A stretch of 46,189 nt of DNA from a virus, in IMG/VR virus record IMGVR_UViG_3300025769_000214. One strand, written 5' to 3'. Of this stretch, positions 26,196 through 35,052 are shown piece by piece (within the stretch, counting starts at the first letter, position 1; each line of letters starts with the position of its first letter). Under the pieces are notes generated by a model, which made no database searches, was not told where the DNA came from, and was given only the letters and a program-made list of their open reading frames with translations. Position numbers and translations under genes: made by a program.

Positions 26196-27104
26196 TTACG
26201 CATCTGCGCGGTAAGCCAACTGCCAGATACCGTAACCAACGCCGAAGCGTGAGCGGGTTCCGTAGAAGAACGCATCGTTCATCACGACGAATTCATCTTC
26301 CACGCTGTTAAGCGTAGACAGTTCGAGATCGTCAGCATCCTGAAGGATCAGGGGCTTCAGAGCTTTCGACGTGTCGAGCAAGTACCAGTTAGATCCAGAG
26401 ATCAATGGCTCCACGATCACTTTAACAGCACCGAAGTACGGGTTAGACCCGGCATTCGCGTTGTCGTAATCAGAAGTGATCTGGAACAGGTTACGAGCCG
26501 TAGCACGAAGGGCAGGGCCGACAACGATAGTGTCAGGCATGATATCCATCGGGTTTCCGCGATGGTCTACCAACAGTTCCATCTGCTGAACTGCGGAATC
26601 GAAATTCGCATCAGTCAGAGCAGTAGAAGTATCGTAGTTCGACTGCACAGCACCGTTTCCATCGGAAGGGTGAGATGCATTGAAGAATGATACTCCATCA
26701 TAGGAGTTGTTGCCGGACGTAGCACCGTTCACAAGAAGATTCGCAATCAGCGAACGTCTCTTGCGGAAGTATGCTTCCACCATAGATGCAACCTTTGGCC
26801 CGTAAAGACCAAGAGAATCGCTCTCAACGTCCACGCGATCAACGGTCATGCTTGACTCGTATTTCACGTTAGGTACGGTGTGAGATTCGACTGCCATGTT
26901 AGCAATCTGACGCTCTCCGATCCATTCACGGAGTTCGTCAAAAGCATTCAACCAATCGTATTCGACGGTCTTGGCTTTCGAGCGGGTACGCATGGTAGCG
27001 GCGTTGATAATCTCGCCTTCACCACGTTTAGACAATTCTTCGTTGAAGAGTGCGCGAAACGTTTTGTTTGCGGCATCCAACGTTGTCTGATTAGCAGTAG
27101 ACAT
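26196..27104 (-). CDS. Major capsid protein (Mu gpT-like, HK97 fold)
   Basis: 302 aa downstream of the protease/scaffold gene; the N-terminal region ...YDWLNAFDELREWIGERQ resembles my memory of the gpT family. Confidence 0.8.
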   Translation of the reverse strand: MSTANQTTLDAANKTFRALFNEELSKRGEGEIINAATMRTRSKAKTVEYDWLNAFDELREWIGERQIANMAVESHTVPNVKYESSMTVDRVDVESDSLGLYGPKVASMVEAYFRKRRSLIANLLVNGATSGNNSYDGVSFFNASHPSDGNGAVQSNYDTSTALTDANFDSAVQQMELLVDHRGNPMDIMPDTIVVGPALRATARNLFQITSDYDNANAGSNPYFGAVKVIVEPLISGSNWYLLDTSKALKPLILQDADDLELSTLNSVEDEFVVMNDAFFYGTRSRFGVGYGIWQLAYRADA

Positions 27105-27130
27105 AGTGTTTTAGCTAAGTTTGTGTTAGA

Positions 27131-27583
27131 TTACGCAGGGTGCGTAGCAAACGGTTTCAAGTATACATACACTTCAGTCGCAGAAACGAATTCAGTAATA
27201 TGCCCGATTGCGGGTGTCGAATCGGCAGGATCCGTTACAGTAACGGTTTGGTTGTCCGTGATGTAGACTTCATCACCAACCCGCGCAATAGCGGCTCCGG
27301 CGATTACAAGACTAGCGACACAACCAGAACGAACAGCGATAGTGGTATCACCATCAGCAGTATCGCCAGAAACATCCGTTTCAGCAGTCGCAAGACCAAC
27401 CAAAGGATAAGCGATATTTGCGGCGGCAATTTCGCCATAACCGTCCGCTTTGACTCCGATAAGAGTGAAGGCAGGGATGATAGATGCGGCAGAGCTATCT
27501 TCCAACTGTACTTCTATATCGAAACCACGCGGTTCGGCTTTAAGCAAGCCTGCGCCAACACGAGAAACAGCAGTAGCTGACAT
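27131..27583 (-). CDS. Head accessory / decoration-like protein (DUF2190-like?)
   Basis: 150-aa Ala/Gly/Val-rich ORF between the protease/scaffold and capsid genes, the usual position of this class. Confidence 0.4.
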   Translation of the reverse strand: MSATAVSRVGAGLLKAEPRGFDIEVQLEDSSAASIIPAFTLIGVKADGYGEIAAANIAYPLVGLATAETDVSGDTADGDTTIAVRSGCVASLVIAGAAIARVGDEVYITDNQTVTVTDPADSTPAIGHITEFVSATEVYVYLKPFATHPA

Positions 27584-27622
27584 TTTATTTTCTCAGGTTT
27601 AGTTAAGAGAGATTGATAGAGA

Positions 27623-28927
27623 TTATCCGGCCTTCGTTGCGAGAGACGGAAACAGAGAAAACATTCTGCGTTCTTCGTCCGTTTGCGGAGCAAGCGGGTC
27701 AGCGTCAGCAGTATGTTCGGTAGTAGGCTCCAAATCTTCTGTTGGTACGGCAGTACCCGCAGAAATGTTTCCTACCATGCGTTCGAAGGCTTCAAGAGAT
27801 ACGGAACCTGAGTTCAAGTCCTGTAACCATTCGGCTTTCAATCCCGGCGCAATTTTGCCAGAATCTATTGCGGCATCAACCGCAGTTTCAAATCCAAGTG
27901 CTTCAGCTTCAGCTTCACGGGCTTCGTCTGCGGCAGTCAGTTCTGAAATCTGCTTCATTGCGGCCTGCAATTCGGTGTCCAGAGTATCGACTTCCGCCTG
28001 AAGATCAGCCAACTTTGCTTCATCAGCAAGATAGGCATCTTTCATAGACTGAAAACGTTCGTCCAGATTTTCAACAGCTTCGATTTGGGCAAGCACATCA
28101 GCGCGTGACTCTACGACTTCATCGACGAGTCCGGCTTCAACTGCATCTGCACCCAAATGTACTTCGCCGTTGGCGAGTTTTTCAGCTTTATCCATTGAGA
28201 TATTTCGGTTTAGTGAAACGGCTTCCGTGAAGGAAACGTGTAGACGTTGTATGTCTCCGAGCAACTTACTACGGGACTCTTCTGATAAAGGTTCAAAAGG
28301 AGTCATAGCGGCCTTGCCCGGTACGGAACGAATGATCTCCACCCGTTCCTGATCTTCCTTAGACGCGAACTTCATCACGCTGATTACCCCAATCGAACCT
28401 ACATTCGACGTAGGGGTAGTGAAGACCTTTTCAGCCGCGCTACCAATCCAGTATGCGGCAGAATTCATATTGTATTGTGCGATTGCCCAAACTCGTTTGG
28501 TCTCACGCGCTTCTCTGACTGCGTTTGCGGCCGCAGAGATTCCGTGTACAGATCCACCATTCGAGTCAACGTCCAAAAGGATCGTATGAACATCATCCCG
28601 CTTAGTCAGGTGTTTGATGTTGGTGGCTAATAGTTCCGCACTTGTTCCGCCTGAGAATGCCTGCATAGCATTTGCCTTGGGGACGATTGAACCGTTTACA
28701 GGGACACTTGCAACCCCGTTCGAGATTTTGATTCCGCCCATATCGAACATGGACGCGACAGGATCAGAAGGATCCTTTGGCTCATTTGCTTCGAGAAAGG
28801 ATTCGCGCAAAACAGAATTGTTCCCGTTCACAATAGATTCTGCCACTTTCGAGACAGTTTCCATGTGAGCATCGGTCGCAAGCCAAACACTTCCAGACAG
28901 GAAGTTAATTACATTCGAATGTTTCAT
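27623..28927 (-). CDS. S49 (SppA/ClpP-like) head maturation protease fused to a coiled-coil scaffold domain
   Basis: ILLDVDSNGGSVHG and AYWIGSAAEKVFTTPTSNVGSIGV (S49 signatures); C-terminal Ala/Glu-rich coiled coil. Confidence 0.8.
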   Translation of the reverse strand: MKHSNVINFLSGSVWLATDAHMETVSKVAESIVNGNNSVLRESFLEANEPKDPSDPVASMFDMGGIKISNGVASVPVNGSIVPKANAMQAFSGGTSAELLATNIKHLTKRDDVHTILLDVDSNGGSVHGISAAANAVREARETKRVWAIAQYNMNSAAYWIGSAAEKVFTTPTSNVGSIGVISVMKFASKEDQERVEIIRSVPGKAAMTPFEPLSEESRSKLLGDIQRLHVSFTEAVSLNRNISMDKAEKLANGEVHLGADAVEAGLVDEVVESRADVLAQIEAVENLDERFQSMKDAYLADEAKLADLQAEVDTLDTELQAAMKQISELTAADEAREAEAEALGFETAVDAAIDSGKIAPGLKAEWLQDLNSGSVSLEAFERMVGNISAGTAVPTEDLEPTTEHTADADPLAPQTDEERRMFSLFPSLATKAG

Positions 28928-28959
28928 GTTCGCTCTGTACGTTTTATGTGAATTAAAAG

Positions 28960-29991
28960 TTACGCAGGTTGTGGAAATCCGGTATCAAGGAATTGATCGC
29001 CGCCCGAATAAATTGGTTCCATCCAAAACCGCCGAGATTGACTTACGTATTCTGCGGACATGTCTGCGACTTCGGTTGTGTCGAGAATATCAAATGTTGT
29101 GGTTCCGGGTTCGATAGAACGGATCCCGTTATACGTGGTTCCGCTATTCATTACAATTTGCATGTAGACCAATTCGCTGATCGGGTCATACCAGAGAGCA
29201 TCAACCCTGCACGAATCAGATAGAGAAGACCAAAGAGTTGATGTTGGGACTCCGGTATCGGTTCGGTGCATATGCACTTGCCCGGTATTTCCGTTGCTTG
29301 CATGCATGATGTATTCTACGCCGCCCATATTCGGGGCATCGGAAGGAATGATACACCCACCACACGCCCAACTCGTTACAAAAGTACCCAATCCTGAACC
29401 GATTGTAGTAGGGGCTGTTGAGTAGGAGCCGATATCCTGATAGAGCAGATCGGTTGAGAACCGGGGAATAATGTACACCCGATCACCAGAGAACTCCGCC
29501 CAGACGATATCGCTGTAATCTGGCGAACCGCGTTCATCGGTGTAAGTGTATGGAGACGCATCCAGAATAGAACTGATACTATCCGTTGCGCCGTTTCGCT
29601 CAGACGATGTGACCAATTTACCTGCTGTCATATCCCACACAAACTGAACGCCACGATCATAAGCGTAAGCGTCAACCGATCCCCGATTCGTTGGAGCCGC
29701 ACCCGTAGAATTGAACGCTTCTCCTTCAGCATATTCCCAAAGGTCTACGCCAACACCATCTCCATCATCGACTGCCAATGCGAATACTCGCCCTGACCCA
29801 TCCGGAGCTATGATCCCACCATTGACTCCACGCCCTGTTGCCGGAACATCCCAAGTAGAAACGTTTCCGTCCATATCGATTTTCCAAATGGTGTCAAGAT
29901 TCGGATTCCCCATAAGGAAACCTTCCAACGCCACGCCCCCGCCGGGAGCGCGGTTAATACCCAAACCTTGATTGAAACCAAGGCCAAACAT
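28960..29991 (-). CDS. Beta-propeller fibre-like protein, paralogue 2
   Basis: Its N-terminal peptide MFGLGFNQGLG is shared with the upstream gene, and it has repeated blade-like segments. Confidence 0.5.
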   Translation of the reverse strand: MFGLGFNQGLGINRAPGGGVALEGFLMGNPNLDTIWKIDMDGNVSTWDVPATGRGVNGGIIAPDGSGRVFALAVDDGDGVGVDLWEYAEGEAFNSTGAAPTNRGSVDAYAYDRGVQFVWDMTAGKLVTSSERNGATDSISSILDASPYTYTDERGSPDYSDIVWAEFSGDRVYIIPRFSTDLLYQDIGSYSTAPTTIGSGLGTFVTSWACGGCIIPSDAPNMGGVEYIMHASNGNTGQVHMHRTDTGVPTSTLWSSLSDSCRVDALWYDPISELVYMQIVMNSGTTYNGIRSIEPGTTTFDILDTTEVADMSAEYVSQSRRFWMEPIYSGGDQFLDTGFPQPA

Positions 29992-30917
29992 TATATTGTA
30001 AACCTGTCTAATGAAATGTCTATCATATCTGTGGGATAAGTTACACCATCCAGAATGATATCTGTTACCGCCGCCGCCGCGATATAATCTTTATCGATGT
30101 AGGAGATCTCGCCGCCTGAATTATGGACGAAATAGATATTCTCGTTGTTCCATAATCCATGCCACGTCATTCCCATGATTGTACCAGTTATACCATTTGT
30201 GGTATTCCGATAAACAAGTTCAGTAGAGCGATCAATTGCCTGTAAGTTTGCGGTATTTCCAACACCGTAAAACCATGTATCATCAATAAGACCACTATCA
30301 CCATTAAAGAATGCGTTAGGTGAAGTATTGACGAATGTGCCGTCAAACTTTTCGATAGTTACGGCACGAACGCCACCGCTTGTAACCACGTAGGCGATTT
30401 CACCCCCGCTTGGAGACTCAGGGTTTATCGACGGGGATGCAGGCTGAGAACCTGTCGGTGTTATGCTTGTTTCGTTCCCACCGTCATAATCGGCTCTCAT
30501 CGCGTTGCCCGTCTGAGAACTACCGTAGAAGATATACTCATTGACAGGATCGCAAGCGATACCGTTTGGTTGTTTTGAATTTGTAAAGAACCCGCCAGAA
30601 GGAGTTATATCGGTTTCGTTCCCACCATCCAAATCAGTTCGAATGATTTTGTCTCCGCCTGTCGGATCATCGATTACCATGAAGACGTAATTGTTGGTAG
30701 CGTCACCAGATATTCCAACTACTTCAGCGTTGGTGTTTGGTGTACTGTAAATGAGAGTCTTACTGATCATGGTTGCCCCGCCAGTAATCTCACATTTATA
30801 TGCGTGTCCTTTAGTGCCAGTATCGCCCGAACCCGTACCGATGAACATTAAGTCCGCGACAACCGGGCCGGACACACCACCTAATCGACCCAAGCCTTGA
30901 TGGAATCCAAAAAACAT
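29991..30917 (-). CDS. Beta-propeller (YWTD-like) fibre-like protein, paralogue 1
   Basis: MFFGFHQGLG N-terminus; repeats IIRTDLDGGNETDITPSG, AMRADYDGGNETSITPTG, IYFVHNSGGEISYID. Confidence 0.5.
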   Translation of the reverse strand: MFFGFHQGLGRLGGVSGPVVADLMFIGTGSGDTGTKGHAYKCEITGGATMISKTLIYSTPNTNAEVVGISGDATNNYVFMVIDDPTGGDKIIRTDLDGGNETDITPSGGFFTNSKQPNGIACDPVNEYIFYGSSQTGNAMRADYDGGNETSITPTGSQPASPSINPESPSGGEIAYVVTSGGVRAVTIEKFDGTFVNTSPNAFFNGDSGLIDDTWFYGVGNTANLQAIDRSTELVYRNTTNGITGTIMGMTWHGLWNNENIYFVHNSGGEISYIDKDYIAAAAVTDIILDGVTYPTDMIDISLDRFTI

Positions 30918-30929
30918 ATTATCCCCCGA

Positions 30930-31223
30930 TTAAAGCAGGCCGATCATAAGCGTTGCTGTGGAAGTTGTATTGATGTGCGTGAATGCGACATTCAAAACGG
31001 TTCCTGCGGCTACACCAGTAAAGGTCTGCTCCGTAGCAGTACCGCTTTCGGTGAATACTGTGCCTGTAACATCACCCGCGCCACCAACATAGATAGCGCG
31101 AACCGTAACGTCTTCGCTATTCTGCTGAAGGTGATTCGTTGCGTGTGGGGTGATTGAGAACGGAGAGTGTCCCGGCCCGTAGGCTAGTTGCGCTCTGGCT
31201 TGTGTTGCGTTTGCTCTTGCCAT
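30930..31223 (-). CDS. Small beta-rich virion protein (possibly a spike-base-like protein)
   Basis: 97 aa. RAIYVGGAGDVTG...GTVLNVAFTHI resembles small phage/GTA spike-base proteins as I recall them; not verifiable here. Confidence 0.4.
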   Translation of the reverse strand: MARANATQARAQLAYGPGHSPFSITPHATNHLQQNSEDVTVRAIYVGGAGDVTGTVFTESGTATEQTFTGVAAGTVLNVAFTHINTTSTATLMIGLL

Positions 31224-31258
31224 TGTAGTTTCCCTTTATTTTCGGGTTAGTGGTTAAA

Positions 31259-31858
31259 TTAAGATCCGACCATTTTGTAGCCTTGTACGGTAACTCTATG
31301 TGATACGAGATCCGTATGATCGTCTTCAAGACGAATGATAGCCTTGTCGTTCGTGTCTCCATCCAGTTTTAGGATAGACCCACCTTTAGTAAAGTCTCCG
31401 ACAAAGATTATGAAGTTGTTTCCTGCGCCAAAATCAATCGTTTCGGCGTGTCCGGTAAACCCGGCCCAATCAGCGAGATGCGTAATGTTTCCCTGTGCGG
31501 TAAAATCAGTCTCAACAGAATTGGCTTCCCAAACCAGTTTGACTCCATTGGTTAATGCCGCGTTTCCGTAACGCTCTGGCCTGAGTGAGCCTGAATATTC
31601 AATCAAACCGATGAAGCGCGTCAAGTGCCAAATCTCTCCGGCGGGTGGCTCCGTCCAGAAATCGGTTGCACCACCAGAGTAGTTACCGATCATGTTTGTC
31701 GTTCCCGCGCCAGTACCCAAGGAATCAACCCGTTGAGAAATCAATGGCCGATCAGTTGCAGGCATTGATTGGGGGTAGTAGACACCGTTTCCCGAATCAA
31801 ACCCGGCGGCAACTTCAAAGTTGGTTCCGTCTCCGTCTTTTGCTGTAAATGAACTCAT
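31259..31858 (-). CDS. Virion structural protein, function unknown
   Basis: 199-aa ORF in the late operon. Confidence 0.5.
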   Translation of the reverse strand: MSSFTAKDGDGTNFEVAAGFDSGNGVYYPQSMPATDRPLISQRVDSLGTGAGTTNMIGNYSGGATDFWTEPPAGEIWHLTRFIGLIEYSGSLRPERYGNAALTNGVKLVWEANSVETDFTAQGNITHLADWAGFTGHAETIDFGAGNNFIIFVGDFTKGGSILKLDGDTNDKAIIRLEDDHTDLVSHRVTVQGYKMVGS

Positions 31859-31859
31859 G

Positions 31860-32459
31860 TTATCGCCCTATCAGGGGTATAAAGTGACTGTTTGCTCCGA
31901 GATTGAAGAGATAGCCTGCGCCAGTATCTTCATCAACAAATCCTTCAACGTCATGTGCTAAAGAAAGTTCCACACGCAAAGTATGTACCGACATTCCGGG
32001 AACGTGTAATTCCCTGTCGATTGCGAGTGGAGTGAAATATGCATTTGAATGAATAACGGCTTCAGATTCTAATTCCAAGCCCATAAACATTCGCTTCACG
32101 TCCCACGCCAACCCATACGATGATTTCCATTGAATTGATTCATCGAACCGATTTGAGACGCAACAAAAGAATATGAAGGTGAACAATTCATCCGGCATCG
32201 TCTGTGATGCATCGGTTTCTATGGTGTCAATGACTTCGAGATCATACATTACGTGCATGAACTGAGAAACGTCAGCTTTCAGGCGGTCAAGGTTGTCTTC
32301 TGCAAGGAATTCCCCGGCATAATGCTGAACCTTGTAAGGGGGAACGTTCGAGATCTCCCCCAACTTCAAGGTCACATAGTCTTCAACCATACTGGCCAAG
32401 CCGGACGGTAAATCCCTATGCTCTGTTATGTCAGTCCGAACCTGTTCGTGGTTTGCCAT
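31860..32459 (-). CDS. Virion structural protein (possible neck/completion protein)
   Basis: 199-aa ORF following the DUF1320-like gene and preceded by copy B of the 50-nt element. Confidence 0.5.
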   Translation of the reverse strand: MANHEQVRTDITEHRDLPSGLASMVEDYVTLKLGEISNVPPYKVQHYAGEFLAEDNLDRLKADVSQFMHVMYDLEVIDTIETDASQTMPDELFTFIFFCCVSNRFDESIQWKSSYGLAWDVKRMFMGLELESEAVIHSNAYFTPLAIDRELHVPGMSVHTLRVELSLAHDVEGFVDEDTGAGYLFNLGANSHFIPLIGR

Positions 32460-32508
32460 TACTTATGTAACCCCTGATTGTTACTTAAAGAAGAAGGTGA
32501 ACAATTTT
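32460..32508 (-). repeat. 50-nt conserved element, copy B (abuts ATG 32459 on the - strand)
   Basis: The - strand reads aaaattgttcaccttcttc-ttt-aagtaaca-atcaggggtta-cataagta-ATG. Confidence 0.8.
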
Positions 32509-32521
32509 GTGATAAGCGGCC

Positions 32522-32935
32522 TTAAAAGACCTGTACGGAGAATACTTCAGTTTCGTTGTCTTCGTCTGCTCCGGTCGTAAGAGCATCGTCTTCTGTGGAC
32601 AATTCGACTTCTCCTGAAGCTACCATTTCGAGCCATTCGATTATCTTGTCACAATCTGCCTGAATCTCGTCCGGGATCGCACCGGGGCGGCGTTTGTACA
32701 GGTAGCACTTCGCCAGAGTCAGAACAGCGTGAGCAATAGAATCTTCAACCGGAGTCGAAAGTGGAACACTATACACCTTTGCAACGTATGAGTCCACAAC
32801 TGACTCAGCACGATCAAGCGCAGAGTCCACATATGTCGTATTTACGGTGATTCCTGCGGTATCGTCCGTCAGTTCAGCAACTATTTTGCTAGAAACTACG
32901 TTATAGATATCGGCTGTCGCTGTATAAGTCGGCAT
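32522..32935 (-). CDS. DUF1320 / Mu gp36-like head completion (connector) protein
   Basis: The pattern ...ELTDD....V..ALDRAESVVDSYVAKVYSVPL...LAKCYLY matches my memory of the gp36 family. Confidence 0.6.
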   Translation of the reverse strand: MPTYTATADIYNVVSSKIVAELTDDTAGITVNTTYVDSALDRAESVVDSYVAKVYSVPLSTPVEDSIAHAVLTLAKCYLYKRRPGAIPDEIQADCDKIIEWLEMVASGEVELSTEDDALTTGADEDNETEVFSVQVF

Positions 32936-32960
32936 TTCCTTAACTCAAATTGAATTTATC

Positions 32961-34418
32961 ATGGCAAAGACCATTGGACGGTTCGCACCCGCAGAAGTTC
33001 CAAACCTTCCGGCTAGTTTCGGCAAGTTCCCGAAGGAACAAGACGGGTTCATGGATCGACTGAACCTGATTGCTACGTCAGTTTCACCTTCGACCCTTGA
33101 TTCTATCCGAACGGAAGCGGAATCTGGTAGTCTTGGAAGGCTATACGAGCTTTATGAGAAAATGGTTGCTACGGATGCCCGTATCGGCGGAATTACAGGT
33201 TCGCTGAAGGCAACGGTGTCAGGGTTACCGCTCAAGACGGTACGTGCTGAAGTTGCGAGTGCGGCGGAAGTCCGATTAGCAGAAGATTATCGTGGAGTTG
33301 TCCGAGAAGCCTTTGCACAGATCGATATGCACAGTCTCGTCTCCGATATGGTGGATGTGTATCTGTGGGGAACGAAAGCGTTCCAGATGAAGTGGGTGAT
33401 CGAAGATTATCCACGCGGACGCAAACTGGCATTCCCAACCGTTCAGGTTATACCGGGTCAGAGCTTGCAACAGGAAATGCAACAGCTTCATCCAAACTAC
33501 GGTGAGTTGAAAGTCATCGAAATGAACAACCCCAAGGGAACTTTCTTCTCTACCGTCGATCCCCGCAAAGCATTCGTCGTTACAGACGGAAGTGCCAATG
33601 CGAGACATGATACCGTTGGCGCACTTCGCCGGGTTCTGGGTTGGTGGATCACAAAGATGTACGCTCAACTCTGGTGGATCGAATATGTCGAAAGCTACGG
33701 TCAGCCAATGCGTATCGCCAGATACTCAGAAGAGCAGACTTCGAGCGAACGCGCAGAATTGAAATCGTTCCTACGCGGTATCGGGAGAAACAAGTGGGGG
33801 CTATTCCCAACGGGTGCTGACATTCAGCTTCTCGAAGCGAACCAAGCCGGGAACATCACCACGTTCTCCGATCTGATCAAAGTGGCCAATCACGAAATCG
33901 CGGTTGCGCTCGTTGGACAAACTGGAATCACGCAGGACTCCGCTCAAGGTTCCCGCGCCAAGCTAGAAGTGTTGGACGGTGTTCGTATTGAGATCGTCAT
34001 GCACATTTCGGCAATCGTGCAGAAAGGTCTGGACAGCCTGACCGATTCGATCCTTCGAGTCAACTATGGCGAAGCCTACATTCCGCGTCTGCGTCCAAAG
34101 ACACGCCCAATCATTGCGAAGCCCGGTTCAGCCAAAGAGAAGGTTGAAGTTTGGAACGCTCTTGCAGAAGCAGGCATCCCGGTTGCAATGGATGAGATCC
34201 ATGAGCAGTTAGGAATTCCGCAGGCTGAGATTGGACAGATGGTTCTGTTCAACGGCAAAATCACCGAGATGAAAGATCTCAAGAAAATGCAGGAAGAGAA
34301 AGATGAGTCAAATGATCTTCAGTCTGGACAAGGAGTTGTTTCCGGCGGGGTTGAAACGGAAGGCGGCAACGAGAGCGGCGGATCTAGCGGAACAACGGAT
34401 TCGGGATCGGACTCTTAG
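32961..34418 (+). CDS. Portal protein (Mu gp29 / DUF935-like)
   Basis: 485 aa, with the size, acidic Gly/Ser-rich C-terminus and head-module context expected of a portal. Unlike the rest of the late genes it lies on the + strand. Confidence 0.75.
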   Translation: MAKTIGRFAPAEVPNLPASFGKFPKEQDGFMDRLNLIATSVSPSTLDSIRTEAESGSLGRLYELYEKMVATDARIGGITGSLKATVSGLPLKTVRAEVASAAEVRLAEDYRGVVREAFAQIDMHSLVSDMVDVYLWGTKAFQMKWVIEDYPRGRKLAFPTVQVIPGQSLQQEMQQLHPNYGELKVIEMNNPKGTFFSTVDPRKAFVVTDGSANARHDTVGALRRVLGWWITKMYAQLWWIEYVESYGQPMRIARYSEEQTSSERAELKSFLRGIGRNKWGLFPTGADIQLLEANQAGNITTFSDLIKVANHEIAVALVGQTGITQDSAQGSRAKLEVLDGVRIEIVMHISAIVQKGLDSLTDSILRVNYGEAYIPRLRPKTRPIIAKPGSAKEKVEVWNALAEAGIPVAMDEIHEQLGIPQAEIGQMVLFNGKITEMKDLKKMQEEKDESNDLQSGQGVVSGGVETEGGNESGGSSGTTDSGSDS

Positions 34419-34767
34419 CGGACGATTCCACCCGCAGAAGTCTCGCGGACGTTGGGGAAGCTACGAAATGTCGTATGCGAAGAAACAGGGGCGGCAAGCC
34501 CCCGTTACTCTCATGCAGTCACGCGGCTCAACTGGCATGATGGAAGGGATGAAGGGTGCAGGCTCATTCACTTCGACTGAGATGAACATCGCTATGGCGT
34601 TTGCCACGTCTAGGCATGAACGCATAGCACGATATCACAACACAGAAGGAATACGCTACAAGGGCGGAATCAAGATACGTCATTTTCTTTACCTGTCTAG
34701 GGCTGACATTCGAGCCATTCTACGTGAAGTTGGGAACATTTTGGGTTTCACCGTTTCGTATCGCTAG
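34303..34767 (+). CDS. Virion morphogenesis / minor head protein-like
   Basis: ARYHNTEGIRYKGGIKIRHFLYLSRADIRAILREV resembles the phage virion-morphogenesis family. The start is uncertain: 34303 overlaps the portal gene by 116 nt, and an alternative ATG lies near 34468. Confidence 0.5.
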   Translation: MSQMIFSLDKELFPAGLKRKAATRAADLAEQRIRDRTLSGRFHPQKSRGRWGSYEMSYAKKQGRQAPVTLMQSRGSTGMMEGMKGAGSFTSTEMNIAMAFATSRHERIARYHNTEGIRYKGGIKIRHFLYLSRADIRAILREVGNILGFTVSYR

Positions 34768-35000
34768 ACGGTAGGTATTAGACGGTCAAAGAGAGCGATA
34801 ACTGCATCACCCACTTCTTGCCCAACTAGGGCGGGGGGTATGCGGTCAACGGCATTCCGTTTCTTACGCTCTATTTCGAGCCTGTACTTGAGCAGATCCA
34901 TTGCCGCATCGATCATTGCGACTTGTTCTTCAGGTAGAGCCATTTGGAAAGTAATGGATGCGCGAATAGTACGCATCATGGTTGAGAGTGATAATTGCAT
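34764..35000 (-). CDS. Hypothetical protein
   Basis: 78-aa ORF after terL; its stop overlaps the stop of 34303..34767 within CTAG. Confidence 0.45.
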   Translation of the reverse strand: MQLSLSTMMRTIRASITFQMALPEEQVAMIDAAMDLLKYRLEIERKKRNAVDRIPPALVGQEVGDAVIALFDRLIPTV

Positions 35001-35037
35001 GTGTGCCGTTACGGAATGTCAAGACGATAGGTACAGT

Positions 35038-35052
35038 ATTCACACAATCTTC
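35038..35052 (+). repeat. 15-mer ATTCACACAATCTTC, copy immediately beyond the terL stop
   Basis: Exact match to 37808-37822. Confidence 0.7.

Noticed and set aside
27140-27580. 146-aa + strand ORF mirroring the - strand gene 27131..27583
   Set aside because: Its product is Arg/Ser-rich and it lies on the wrong strand for the operon. It is a shadow ORF of the - strand gene.
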